From the NCBI RefSeq assembly GCF_030028105.1, contig NC_092384.1, forward strand, positions 3,763,665 through 3,827,664: 64,000 nucleotides of DNA, given 5' to 3'. The position numbers were made by a program, and so were the translations under genes. Positions 52,801 to 64,000 of the stretch are shown here, one piece after another. Position 1 is the first letter of the stretch. Every line of letters begins with the position of its first letter. The notes beneath the pieces were generated by a model. That model was not told the origin of the DNA. It saw only the letters and a program-made list of their open reading frames with translations, and ran no database searches. The stretch is from Mobula birostris (taxonomy: Eukaryota).

Positions 52801-53975
52801 TAGAGCATGCATTAAGAAATGATACAATATTCCTCCGGTGTGATATCACAAAAAAAACACAGGACAGACCATGACTGAAAAACTAACAAAACCACATAAT
52901 TATAACATGCAGTTGCAACAGTGCAACAATGTCATAACTTGACGGAGAACAGTCCATGGCACAGTAAAAACGTCCATCGTTTTTCGAAAATCCCGCATTT
53001 CACGCATACGGGAGAGGGAAGAAAACTCTCCCTGCCATGCCCGACCACAGTCCGACTCTGAGTCGTCCGAAAACTTCGAGCTCTGATCAGCCCTCCGACA
53101 CCGAGTACAGAGCACTATCTCTGTCCGAAAGTTTCGACCTCAGCCTCGTCGCCAGCAGCCGGCAAAGCTGGGGAATTAGGGGCCTACCCTTCGGAGATTC
53201 TCCATCGCACCGTAACAACAGCAGCGAGCCAGGCATTCCAGAAATTTCTCCAGATGTCCCTCTGCTTCTTACGTCCGTCTTCTGCAAATCAGAATTGTCC
53301 CTGATCCCTATTTAACACAAACGATATAATTTTCACCGGACAGCTGCGCGCGCCCGTCGCGCTGCCATCTTCTCCTCCTGCCTCGTGTATATACACATAC
53401 ACGAGCTCACTAATTGTTTGGGAAAATCAGACAGACTGGAAATTATTCCTTTTTTGTCCGTTTACATTTACTTTTTCCAATTTCCGTCATGGTGATGTTG
53501 CGCTTTACAGGAATACAATACACTGGGACCCAGAGAAGGTACGATTGAACTTGTTTTCTGATCCACAGTGTGGATCACAGTAACTGAGGTGTAAAAATTG
53601 CTTTTTCTCAGGCTGCAGAAACACAGGATGTCGGCAGTCCTTCTTATGCGGATCTAAACTTTAGAAGGGATAATAAGAGCAAAAAGGTAAGATATGAACC
53701 CGAACTCACTAATATACTGGTAAGATAAAAGGGAGGGTTCACCGCCCAAATCAGTTTTCCAAAGAAGTGGATCAGCAGCTCCTTATCTCTAACTATTGTT
53801 TCCATAGATCATACAAGGAACTGAGGAGAAACTTATGTATGCATGTGTGGATCTCGCTGCTTCTCAGAAAAACGCAAGAAGAGTGCAGAAGACTCATGGG
53901 ACCGAGTATGCAGGAATAAAGATAAAGGAAGAGGCAAGAAATCTGGAAACGACAGGAGCACCATATAGCCGTTGA
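38718..53975 (+). CDS. Gene B: spliced SIRP/NKp30/PRARP-like inhibitory IgSF receptor (leader-VJ-C1-TM-ITIM/ITSM). Exons 38718-38772, 39018-39332, 46720-46998, 48187-48297, 48778-48824, [53511-53538], 53612 or 53619-53686, 53808-53975
   Basis: All exons have GT-AG boundaries with compatible phases (1,1,1,1,0,...,0) and join into one open frame ending at TGA 53973-53975. Domain motifs are listed per exon below. Confidence 0.88.
39018..39332 (+). CDS. Gene B exon 2, V-set Ig domain with germline J-like G strand
   Basis: VADRASFTVRQ...EGANVSINCTYP...VYWRK...LHIFGVKFGDSGIYYCCAKEWTGKISQGNGTNVIVH. Has canonical C, W, DSGxYYC and GxGTxVxV motifs; ctgacag| acceptor, G|gtaatt donor, 315 nt, phase 1-1. 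Confidence 0.93.
39988..41390 (-). mobile_element. Decayed Rex1/Babar-type LINE in the V-C1 intron
   Basis: Colinear with 29850-31000; aatcagaatcag tail. Confidence 0.8.
40182..40385 (-). mobile_element. tRNA-head SINE with BovB/ART2A-like tail
   Basis: Reverse strand has a B-box-like gagttcaaaccc, then tggcaatccacttccgtatcctgcc...cgacttaacgactgaacaacaac. Confidence 0.55.
46720..46998 (+). CDS. Gene B exon 3, C1-set Ig domain
   Basis: LTCTTAAFFPKDYELMW...GLYLVSSSL...YTCLVFHESL matches the C1-set pattern; tttgcag| acceptor, G|gtaaga donor, 279 nt, phase 1-1. Confidence 0.93.
48187..48297 (+). CDS. Gene B exon 4, transmembrane
   Basis: EIRDKINLILTGVLAACGVIILALLLLIRRCRVDRTE; cctcag| and G|gtaaga; no charged residue in the hydrophobic span. 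Confidence 0.9.
48778..48824 (+). CDS. Gene B exon 5, cytoplasmic
   Basis: VVAENDENLIRYQENQ; polypyrimidine tract plus ctag|, CAG|gtaaga, 47 nt, phase 1-0; open and bounded identically in paralog A. Confidence 0.82.
50021..51115. mobile_element. Fold-back Tc1 fragment (counterpart of 8078-9180)
   Basis: 50550-50700 is the reverse complement of 50910-51060. Confidence 0.8.
51246..52749 (+). mobile_element. Tc1/mariner element with transposase pseudogene
   Basis: HKAGEGYKKIA, RSGRPRKLS, VHCSTVQRHLH, VLWTD with stops; ends gcatgccactg+TA. Confidence 0.9.
52752..53385 (-). mobile_element. Unclassified retroposon-like interspersed repeat
   Basis: Reverse strand begins ggagaagatggcagcg, CpG-rich body, (TAATC)n-like tail. 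Confidence 0.45.
53511..53538 (+). CDS. Candidate 28-nt cytoplasmic micro-exon (EYNTLGPRE)
   Basis: ctttacag| and AAG|gtacga; encodes YxxL in phase 0; in frame downstream only if the 53619 acceptor is used. Confidence 0.5.
53612..53686 (+). CDS. Gene B cytoplasmic exon with ITIM-like YADL
   Basis: AAETQDVGSPSYADLNFRRDNKSKK; ttttctcag| and AAG|gtaaga; 75 nt, phase 0-0. Confidence 0.85.
53808..53975 (+). CDS. Gene B terminal coding exon with ITIM (LMYACV) and ITSM (TEYAGI)
   Basis: ttgtttccatag| then IIQGTEEKLMYACVDLAASQKNARRVQKTHGTEYAGIKIKEEARNLETTGAPYSR*. Confidence 0.87.
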   Translation: MIQGTEEKLMYACVDLAASQKNARRVQKTHGTEYAGIKIKEEARNLETTGAPYSR

Positions 53976-54619
53976 TAATTGTATTACACGTTACGGGCCA
54001 TCGTGGTGTCCCAAGATCAATCATACCCTGATACTGTTTCGTAACATCTGTGGAGTAAGGACAGGATTTTACTGAGAAATCACCAAGTCCAACAAAACAA
54101 AAGAGCTGCGTTTAATGGACCATTGCATCGGAGATGGTATTCAGCTCAACAAGTGTACAGAAACGAAAGCCCTATTAGTAGCCTTGGGTCCGCATCATAC
54201 GACACTATCTTATATAATCGTTAGTTCAAATACATTTAAAGTGTTGGCTGTATCTGCCTCCACAACCTTTCGGGCAGCTCACTCAAAATAAACGACACCC
54301 TATTACCTAAATACGCACTTTTCTTTTAAATTTAAACACTCTCATTTCGAACGGTTGTTCTCACGTTCTGGACTCCCCCGCCGTAGTAAAATTACACTGT
54401 CTATCTGCCTTACATGTGCCTCTCATACGTAAATAAACTTCCACAAAGTCATCCTCAACTTTGTAATACCAACCTATCCAATTGCTCACAACAATTACAT
54501 TTTAACATTTGAGACAACACCTATGATTCCCTTCTGCGATTTCAAACCCTTCCACGTCATGCGGAGAACGAAATTCTTCAGAATGCATTAGCATATATTT
54601 TGTCCCCCGCAAAATGACG

Positions 54620-55500
54620 TTGACACGAAGTAAGCTGGAGAGGTAGGTAGTGTTGAGGACGTAATGAAATTGCAGCAGAATATAAACAAATTGGGAGAAT
54701 GGGCAAAACAGTACATTATTGGGAAACGTATGATAATGCATTTTCGTAAAAGGAACAAAACTGCGGACTATAATCTAAATGGAGAAACGTTTCAAACCTG
54801 AGAGGTGCAAAGAGATTTCGGAGTACTCGTGCAAGACTTCCAGGTTGAGTCTGTGGTAAAGAAGGCAATTGTAATGCTGCCATTTATTTGAAGGGAGTAG
54901 AATAAAACAACAAGGAGATAATGCTGAGCCTTTATGAGACTAGTTCGATGGCACTTGGAGAATTGTCAACAGTTTTGGGCCCAATATCTCCGAAAGCATG
55001 TGGTGTAATTAGAGAGAGATTAGAGGGTGTTCACGAGAATGAAGGGGTTAACGTATAAGGAGCGTTTGGTGGCTTTGGCCTGTACTCACTGGAATTTAGA
55101 AGATTCTGTGTCTGTGTGTGGGTGGAGGGAGCTGGTGGTGGGTGATCTCATTGCAACCTACCGAATGTATGGTAATATAGAGAAGATGAGTCCTATGGTG
55201 GGGGTATCTGGAACTAGAGGGCATAGCCTCAAGCATGTGAGACGACCCTTTAGAACAGAGGTTAGGAGGATTTTTTTTTTTCCAGAGAGTAGTACATCTG
55301 TGTAATGCTCTGCTACAGACTGGGGAAGAGGTGAAGTTCGTGCAAACATTTAAGGTGGAAGTTAATCGTTAGTCAGGACATCAATGGATATGGCGAGAAT
55401 GCAGATGATTGCGGTTGAGTTTGATCCAGGATCAGCTATGATGGAATGACAGAGCAGACTCGATGGGCTTTATGGTCCACTCCTGCTCCTTTGTCTTATG
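54620..55500 (+). mobile_element. Old CR1 3' fragment
   Basis: Degenerate RT C-terminus and 3' UTR. Confidence 0.7.
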
Positions 55501-58500
55501 GTCGGGATGTGGATTAAAAAGTGCAGCAGGAGGTGGGAAAGACGTGTCTGAAAGGCAATGTCTTGATAATCGTTAGGAATTTGAACATGAAAGTGGTTTG
55601 GGAAACTTGGTCAGTACTGGACATTTTAGAATGTCTAAAGAAGGACTTTTTAGAACAGCTAGTCGGTGAGCCCACTAGGTGATCGGCCGCGCTGAATTGA
55701 CAGTTGTGCAATGCTCCAGAGATAATAAGAGAGCTTATGGTTAAGGAACCCTCAGGGAAAAGTGATCGCAATATGATGGAGTTCACATTGAAATTTGAAG
55801 GGAAACATAAAATCCAATGTGTCGGTATTTCAGTGGAATAAAGGAAATTCCAATGGCTTGAGAGGGGATCTGGCCGTAGTTGACTGGATAAGGACAATTG
55901 CAGGGAAGGCAGCAGAGCAACAATGGCTGAAGTATCTGTCGAAAATGAGGGAAGTGCAAAACATGTACATTCCAAATAAGAAATTTTCAAGGGAAGGAGG
56001 ACACTACCGTGGCTGACGAGTGCACTCAGTGGCAAGGTAAAAGCAAAAGAGGGTGTAAACAAGCAAACCAGAGCTAGTGGGAAAATAGAGGATTGGGGAG
56101 TTATTAAAATCTTGCAGAGGTAAACTAAACGGGTCATCAGGAAGGAAAAGATGAATTCTGAGAGGAAGTTGGCAACTAATATCAAAGAAGATACGGAAAG
56201 CTTTTTTTTAGTTATATAGAAACATAGAAAATAGGTGCAGGAGTAGGCCATTCGGCCCTTCGAGCCTGCATCGCCATTTATTATGATTATGGCTGATCAT
56301 CCAACTCAGAACACCGCCCTAGCCTTCTCTCCATACCCCCTGACCCCCGCAGCCACAAGGACCATATCTAACTCCCTCTTAAATATAGCCAATGAACTGG
56401 CCTCAACTGTTTCCTGTGGCAAAGAATTCCACAGATTCACCACTCTCTGTGTGAAGAAGTTTTTCCTAATCTCAGTCCTAAAAGGCTTCCCCTCTATCCT
56501 CAAACTGTGACCCCTCGTTCTGGACTTTCCCAACATCGGGAACAATCTTCCTGCATCTAGCCTGTCCAATCCCTTTAGGATCTTATACGTTTCAATCAGA
56601 TCCTCCCTCAATCTTCTAAATTCCAACGAGTACAAGCCCAGTTCATCCATTCTTTCTTCATATGAAAGTCCTGCCATCCCAGGAATCAATCTGGTGAACC
56701 TTCTCTGTACTCCCTCTATGGCAAGGATGTCTTTCCTCAGATTAGGGGACCAAAATTGCACACAATACTCCAGGTGCGGTCTCACCAAGGCCTTGTACAA
56801 CTGCAGTAGTACCTCCCTGCACCTGTACTCAAATCCTCTCGCTATAAATGCCAGCATACCATTCGCCTTTTTCACCGCCTGCTGTACCTGCATGCCCACT
56901 TTCAATGACTGGTGTATAATGACACCCAGGTCACGTTGCACCTCCCCTTTTCCTAATCGGCCACCATTCAGATAATAATCTGTTTTCCTATTTTTGCCAC
57001 CAAAGTGGATAACTTCACATTTATCCACATTAAGTTGCATCTGCCATGAATTTGCCCACTCACCCAACCTATCCAAGTCACCCTGCATCCTCTTAGCATC
57101 CTCCTCACAGCTAACACTGCCACCCAGCTTCGTGTCATCCGCAAACTTGGAGATGCTGCATTTAATTCCCTCATCCAAGTCATTAATATATATTGTAAAC
57201 AACTGGGGTCCCAGCACTGAGCCTTGCGGTACCCCACAAGTCACAGCCTGCCATTCTGAAAAGGTCCCGTTTATTCCCACTCTTTGCTTCCTGTCTGCTA
57301 ACCAACTCTCCACCCACACCAATACCTTACCCCCAATACCGTGTGCTTTAAGTTTGCACACTAATCTCCTGTGTGGGACCTTGTCAAAAGCCTTCTGAAA
57401 ATCCAAATATACCACATCCACTGGTTCTCCCCTATCCACTTTACTAGTTACATCCTCAAAAAATTCTATGAGATTCGTCAGACATGATTTTCCTTTCACA
57501 AATCCATGCTGACTTTGTCCGATCATTTCACCACTTTCCAAATGTGCTGTTATCACATCCTTGATAACTGACTCCAGCAGTTTCCCCACCACCGACGTTA
57601 GGCTAACCGATCTATAATTCCCCGGTTTCTCTCTCCCTCCTTTTTTAAAAAGTGGAGTTACATTAGCCACCCTCCAATCCTCAGAAACTAGTCCAGAATC
57701 TAACGAGTTTTGAAAAATTATCACTAATGCATCCACTATTTCTTGGGCTACTTCCTTAAGCACCCTGGGATGCAGACCATCTGGCCCTGGGGACTTATCT
57801 GCCTTCAATCCCTTCAATTTACCTAACACCACTTCCCTACCAACATGTATTTCGCTCAGTTCCTCCATCTCACTGGACCCTCCGTCCCCTACTATTTCTG
57901 GAAGATTATTTATGTCCTCCTTAGTGAAGACAGAACCAAAGTAATTATTCAATTGGTCTGCCATGTCCTTGCTCCCCATAATCAACTCACCTGTTTCTGC
58001 CTGCAGGGGACCTACATTTGTCTTTACCAGTCTTTTCCTTTTTACATATCTATAAAAGCTTTTACAGTCCGTTTTTATGTTGCCTGCTAGTTTTCTCTCA
58101 TAATCTTTTTTCCCCTTCCTAATTAAGCCCTTTGTCCTTCTCTGCTGAACTCTGAATTTCTCCCAGTCCTCAGGTGAGCCACTTTCTCTGGCTAATTTGT
58201 ATGCTTCTTCTTTGGAATTGATACTATCCCTAATTTCTCTTGTCAGCCACGGGTGCACTACCTTCCTTGATTTATTCTTTTGCCAAACTGGGATGAACAA
58301 TTGTTGTAGTTCATCCATGCAACCTTCAAATGCTTGCCATTGCATATCCACCTTCAATCCTTTAAGTGTCATTTGCCAGTCTATCTTCGCTAATTCACGT
58401 CTCATACCTTCAAAGTTACCCCTCTTTAAGTTCAGAACCTTTGTTTCTGAATTAACTATGTCACTCTCCATCTTAATGAAGAATTCCACCATATTATGGT

Positions 58501-61165
58501 CACTCTTACCCAAGGGGCCTCTCACGACAAGATTGCTAATTAACCCTTCCTCATTGCTCAAAACCCAGTCCAGAAATGCCTGCTCTCTAGTCGGTTCCTC
58601 GACATGTTGGTTCAAAAAACCATCCTGGCATACATTCCAAGAAATGCTTTTCCTCAGCACCTTTACCAATTTGGTTCACCCAATCTACATGTAAATTGAA
58701 GTCACCCATTATAACTGTTGTTCCTTTATTGCACACATTTCTAATTTCCTGTTTAACACCATCTCCGACCTCACTACCACTGTTAGGTGGCCTGTACACA
58801 ACTCCCACCAGCGTCTTCTGCCCCTTAGTGTTATGCAGCTGTACCCATATCGAGTCCACATCTTCTCGGTTTATATCCTTCCTTTCTATTGCGTTAATCT
58901 CTTCTTTAACCAGCAACGCCACCCCACCTCCCCTTCCTTCATGTCTATCCCTCCTGAATATTGAATATCCCTGAACGTTGAGCTCCCATCCCTGGTCACC
59001 CTGGAGCCATGTCTCTGTGATCCCAACTATATCATAATCATTAATAACAATCTGCACTTTCAATTCATTCACCTTATTACGAATGCTCCTTGCACTGACA
59101 CACAAAGCCTTCAGGCGCTCTTTTACAACTCTCTTAGCCCTCATACAATTATGCTGAAAAGTGGCCCTCTTTAATGCTTGCCCTGGATTTGTCGGCCTGC
59201 CACTTTTACTTTTCTCCATAGTACTTTTTGTTTCTACCCTCACTTTACACCCCTCTGCCTCTCTGCACTGGTTCCCATCCCCCTGTAGTGAACTAACCTC
59301 CTCACGCCTAGCCTCTTTAATTTGATTCCCACCCCCAACCATTCTAGTTTAGAATAGAAGAGAGTCGAGGGTAGATATAAGACCAAAATAAAATGATACT
59401 GGAGATACTGTTATCAGAGATGCAGAGATGGCAGAGGAACTGAATGCGCATTTTGCATCCGTCATCACAGTGGGAGACGTCTGCAGTAAAGCGGACATTC
59501 AAGAGTGTCAGGGAACTGATGTATGTGTAGTGAAAATTATGTATGACAACGTGCTCAGGAAGCTTAATGGTCTGTTGGTGGATAAATCTCCCGACCCCGG
59601 TGGAGTGCATCCTCGGATTCAGAAAGAAGTAGCTGGAGAGTTAGTGGAGGCATTAACAATGATCTTTCAAGATTTGATACATTATGTCATTGTACCTGAT
59701 AACTGGAAAATTGCAAATGTTACTCTGCTATTTAAGAAGGATGGGAAGAAGCAGAAAGGAAACCACAGACCTTCTAGCCTGGCATCAGTGGTTGAGAAGT
59801 TGTTGGAATCCATTGTTAGGGATGAGATTACACAGCACCTGGAGGCACATGACAAGATAGGCCAACCCCAGCATGGTTTTCTAAAAGCAAAATTCTGCCT
59901 AACAAACCAGCTGCATTTATTTGAGTACATTACAAGCAGGGTAGACAAAGGAGATGCAGTAGAGGCAGTGTACTTGGATTTTCAGAAGGTCTTTGAGAAG
60001 GTGCCACACATCAGTCTGCTAAGCAAGATAAGAGCCCATTGAATTACAGGGAACTTAATAGCGTATGGGGAGTATTGGCTGGTCGTCAGAAAACAGAGAG
60101 TTTGAATAAAGAGATCCCATTCTAGCTGGCAGCCAGTTACGACTGGAGTTCTACAGTGGTGTTTATTGGGACCGCTGCTTTTTAAGATGTATGTCAATGA
60201 TTTGGAATACGGTATTAATGGATCTGTTGTTAAATTTGCCGATGAAACAAAGATAGGTGGAGGAGAGGGTAGTGTTGAAGAAACAGAGAGCTGCAGACAG
60301 ACTTAGGTAGTTTAGGGGAATCGGCAAAGAAGTGGCAAATGAAATACAATGTTGGAAAGTGTATGGTCATGCACTTTGGTGGAAGAAATAACCGGGCAGA
60401 CTATTATTAAAACGGGGAAAGAATTCAAAATACAGAGATGGAAAGGGACTTAGGAGTCCTTGTGCAAGATACCTTAAAGGTTAACCTCCAGGTCGAGTCG
60501 GTTGTAAAGAAAGCAAATGCAACGTTGGCATTGATATCTAAAGGTATTGAATATAAGAGCAGGGATGTGATGTTGAGGCTCTATAAGGCACTCGTGAGAC
60601 CACACTTGGAGCATTGTGTGCAGTTTTTGGGATCCTTATTTTAGAAAAGATATGCTGGCATTGGAGAGGGTTCAGAGAAGATGCACGAAATTGATTCTAG
60701 GAATGAAAGGGTTACCGTATAAGGGACCTTTGGCAGCTCTCGGGATGTATCACTAGAGTTCAGGAGAATGAGGGGGCATCTTATAGAAACATTCCGAATG
60801 TTAAAAGGACTGAACAGATTCCAGATTAGATATGGCAAATTTATTTCCAGTTGTAGAGGACTCTAGGACAAGAGGGTACAACTTCAGGATTGAAGGACGT
60901 CCTTTTAGAACTGAGCTGCGGAGAATTTACTTTAGTCTGAAGGTGGTAAATATGAATTTTGTTGCTACGATCGGCTGTGAAGGCCAAATCATTGGGTGTA
61001 TTTAAGGCAAAGATAGATAGGTCTTTGATTAACCGAGCCATCAAAGGGTATGGGGTGTAAACAGGGGGAGAGGATAACTGGAAGAATTGCATCAGTCTAT
61101 GATTTAATGGCGGAGCAGGCTGCATGAGCCTAATGGCCTACTTCTACTCCTATATCTGATGGTCT
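55500..61165 (+). mobile_element. Older CR1 LINE split by a young antisense CR1 (56218-59350)
   Basis: APE remnant 55500-56217 continues at 59351; RT ORF 59428-60042 and later fragments. Confidence 0.82.
56218..59350 (-). mobile_element. Young CR1 LINE, complete ORF2 with a single +1 frameshift
   Basis: ORF 58587-59342 (APE: ITETW, YRPP, GDFN) overlaps 787-aa ORF 56306-58669 (RT: PQGSVLGP, FADD). Confidence 0.95.
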
Positions 61166-62274
61166 TATTTCACTATCATGTCCTATGAAGCAAACCTACC
61201 AAGTGCCTCCTTCACTACCCTGTCCAACAGTTTCAACATGGTTTAGCGAAGTATGGATTTGCAATGAAAGATGAAACTTCCAAAGGTTCATACATTTGCT
61301 GTACTTCTCATACAAGAGGAATAAGCCCGAAATGTAGATGTCAGACATTTATGGCTGAATTTCCAGTTCTGTTCTGCAATGTCAAAGGAAATTCTTATTC
61401 ACTATTTACAACCCCACCAATTATATAATTAGGTATCCATATTGCAGTCGCAACTTGCCAAAAGCGAACATCCCGAAAAAAAAAATCCAGTATCAACGTT
61501 TGACTCCTATCAAGAAAACAATTTAAATCCAGCTTGCGAACACCGTTTTCCTTCGTACTTTATCGTACCTACCGGAAGGGGAGACAATTTGAAATTTTGT
61601 CAAAAGTATTACAGGAGTTAATGTAAACTAATCTACTGCGTCGTTATATCCCATTTTCTAAGCTCCTTATATTACAGTGTGAACACTCTGCTGCACAGAA
61701 CCGAGTCATTCGGCTCGTCTAGCTTACTCCATTGGCCACTGTTCACCCATGTCATCAGCAAATGTTCAAATTATTCTTCCGTGTCTCGAGGCAAAGTAAA
61801 TAAAATAACTGGTCGACAATGTTTTATTCACTCGCTGTGTGCATATGCTGTAGAGAATAATTTTAAAAAGTCTAAATTTGCGGGAGTCTCTGTATTTTCT
61901 TTCCGCATTTGACCACATTTTACACCCTCCACCTATCAACTTCGGCAGCATTTTTAAATTCTCCCACGGATGGTCGACGTTCTACTAATAGTCATGATTT
62001 CTGCAATATAACAAGCAGATTTAGAAATGCCAATCGTCTTGCAGTAATGTCTAATCCCATTGCGCTTTGATTTATTTAAATAATTTCGGAATGTTGATAT
62101 TGCATGCGCATTTGTGTACAGGATTCGGGCTGTAAGCAATTTATGAGCAAGAGAGAATAGAAATCGGGCAAGTGCAAGCGGAGTAGACATTAGTTTGAGT
62201 GCGCCAGTGTTTAAAGAGGCTTTAGCTCATTAGTCTTGGGCGAACTAACGTATCTGGTGAGTTTAGAAACGGAG

Positions 62275-62630
62275 AATGTAGAAACTTACAGCATATTACA
62301 GGTCCTTCTGCCCACAATGTTGTGCCGACCATTTAACAGTCTAGAAACTGCCTGGACTTTCCCTGGCGCATTGCTCTCTATCTTCCTAAGCTTCATGCAC
62401 ATATCTAAAAGGCTGTTAAAATGCCCTATTTTAGCCGCGTCCATCACTGTGGCCGGCAGTACATTCCACGCACACACCTTTCTCTCTGTGTGAAATACTT
62501 AGCCTGGGCATTTCCACGGGACCTGTTTCCAAGCACCTTAAAACTATGCTTCATCGTGTTAGCCCTTTCAGGCCTGGGAAAAGACCTTTGGCTATTCACG
62601 ATCAATACCCCTCATCATTTTTTTTCTTCT
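62275..62630 (-). mobile_element. CR1 3' end fragment
   Basis: AWNVLPATV motif; ggcccacaatgttgtgccgacc-type 3' UTR. Confidence 0.65.
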
Positions 62631-62639
62631 TATTTGTTC

Positions 62640-64000
62640 ATTCCTCCACGGTTAGGACATAGTAGTGCAATGGGAATGGCTCCAGGGGCAGTGTTTTACA
62701 TTGTGTTTGGGATGTAGGAGGTCTTGGATACCCACAGTCTCGCGGATGAACATATGGGCACCAGGTGCACCGAGTTGCTGAGAAAACGTATTAAGGAACT
62801 GGAACTGCAACTCTGTGACGTTCAAATCACACTGAAGAATGAGGAGCTGTTAGATAGGAACTACAGGGAGGAAGTCACTTCTATGTTGCAGGAGTCAGGG
62901 AACTGGACACTGTTAAGAGAAGGAAGACAAATGAACAACCAATGCATAGTAAGCCTGCGGCCGTTTTTTTTCCCCCCAATAATAAGTACACATATTCAAA
63001 TACTGTTAAAGGCAACGTCGGCTAGGAGTGAGCCACAGTGACCGGGTCTCTGGCACTAGCTCTGCTGTTGTATCTCAGAAGAACAGAGAGGTGAACAGGA
63101 CTGCAGTGCTGATAGGAGATCCCACAGTCAGAGAGGCAGAGAGGCGATGCTGTTGGTGTGTTGGAGACACCCGGAATGCATGTTGCCTCTTCACTGACAT
63201 GATCATCGATGTCTGAGATCGGGCCCATGGCATTCTCAAGGACGACTGCGCGGAGCCAGATGTCTTGGAGCACATTGGCACCAATAAGATAGATGACAAA
63301 GTCAGGCGGTCCAGAGGTGCAAATTTAGGGAATTGGGTAGAACGCTGAAAACAGGACCTCCCAGAAAGTGATCTCTGAATTGCTGCCTGTGCCACGTGCA
63401 AGTGAGAATAAAAATAGGACGATTTGGCAGGTGAATGTTGTGGCTAAGGAACTGGTGCAGGGAATATGGGTTCAGACTTATGGTCATTGGAATCTCTTCT
63501 GGGGTAAAGGGACAGGTTACACATGAAACCAAGGGGTCCCATAATCTTGCGGGTAGGCTAGTTAGAGTTGATCTGGTGTAGTAAGGATGCGGTCTACAAG
63601 TCACAACGGGAGAAGGAAAATGCAACCAGAAGTTAAATGTTGCAAGAGTCATGGAGGATTTCAATATGCAGGTAAATCGGGAAAATAAGTTTGGTTCTGG
63701 AATCCAAGAAAGGAAATTTCTAGGAAATCTACGAGGTGGCTTTTTAAAGCAACTAGCTATTAACCATTTCGAGCAACTAACAGGAAAATTAACTATTCTG
63801 GACTGGGGGTTGTGCAGTTAACCGGAATGATGAGAGAGCTTAAGGTAAAAGTACTCCTGTTGGACAGCTGTTATAATATACCAGAATTCACGCTGAAAGC
63901 TAAGCTAAAGTCAAAGGCATTGCAAGGCAATTACTGAGGCATGAGAGAGCAGTTGGTCAAAATCATTGGAAAAGCAAACTGGCAGGAATGACGGCTGAGC
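62640..64000 (+). mobile_element. Decayed CR1 with ORF1 (coiled-coil/esterase) and APE start
   Basis: RIKELELQL, VLIGDPTV, HIGTN remnants. Confidence 0.75.

Noticed and set aside
55514-56251. 245-aa hydrophobic minus-strand ORF (and similar antisense ORFs at 10404, 14597, 58197)
   Set aside because: Antisense shadow of CR1 ORF2
61771-61810. ATGTTCAAATTATTC...A|gtaaat as a leader exon for a next paralog
   Set aside because: Short and basic rather than hydrophobic, no similarity to the gene B leader or promoter, and no V exon follows within the window

Overview
Repeat-dense vertebrate genomic DNA, most likely a cartilaginous fish (inferred from the CR1, Rex/Babar, Tc1, Gypsy and V-SINE-like repeats; not provable here). 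No prokaryotic features or CRISPR arrays. The host content is a cluster of non-rearranging, antigen-receptor-like Ig-superfamily receptor genes. Gene B (+, 38718-53975) could be assembled by hand from ATG to stop: leader, germline-joined VJ-type domain, one C1-set domain, uncharged TM segment, and a tail with up to four tyrosine motifs (EYNTL, PSYADL, canonical ITIM LMYACV, ITSM TEYAGI), about 349-356 aa. Gene A (+, exons 4029-6161) is a tandem paralog about 42.7 kb upstream. Its V exon would lie left of the window, and its ITIM exons appear lost at a Tc1/CR1 junction near 13558. A third, diverged ITIM-type terminal exon lies alone on the minus strand (22183-22353). Most of the remainder is nested transposable elements and minisatellites. 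Exon boundaries were counted by hand; TE boundaries are approximate.
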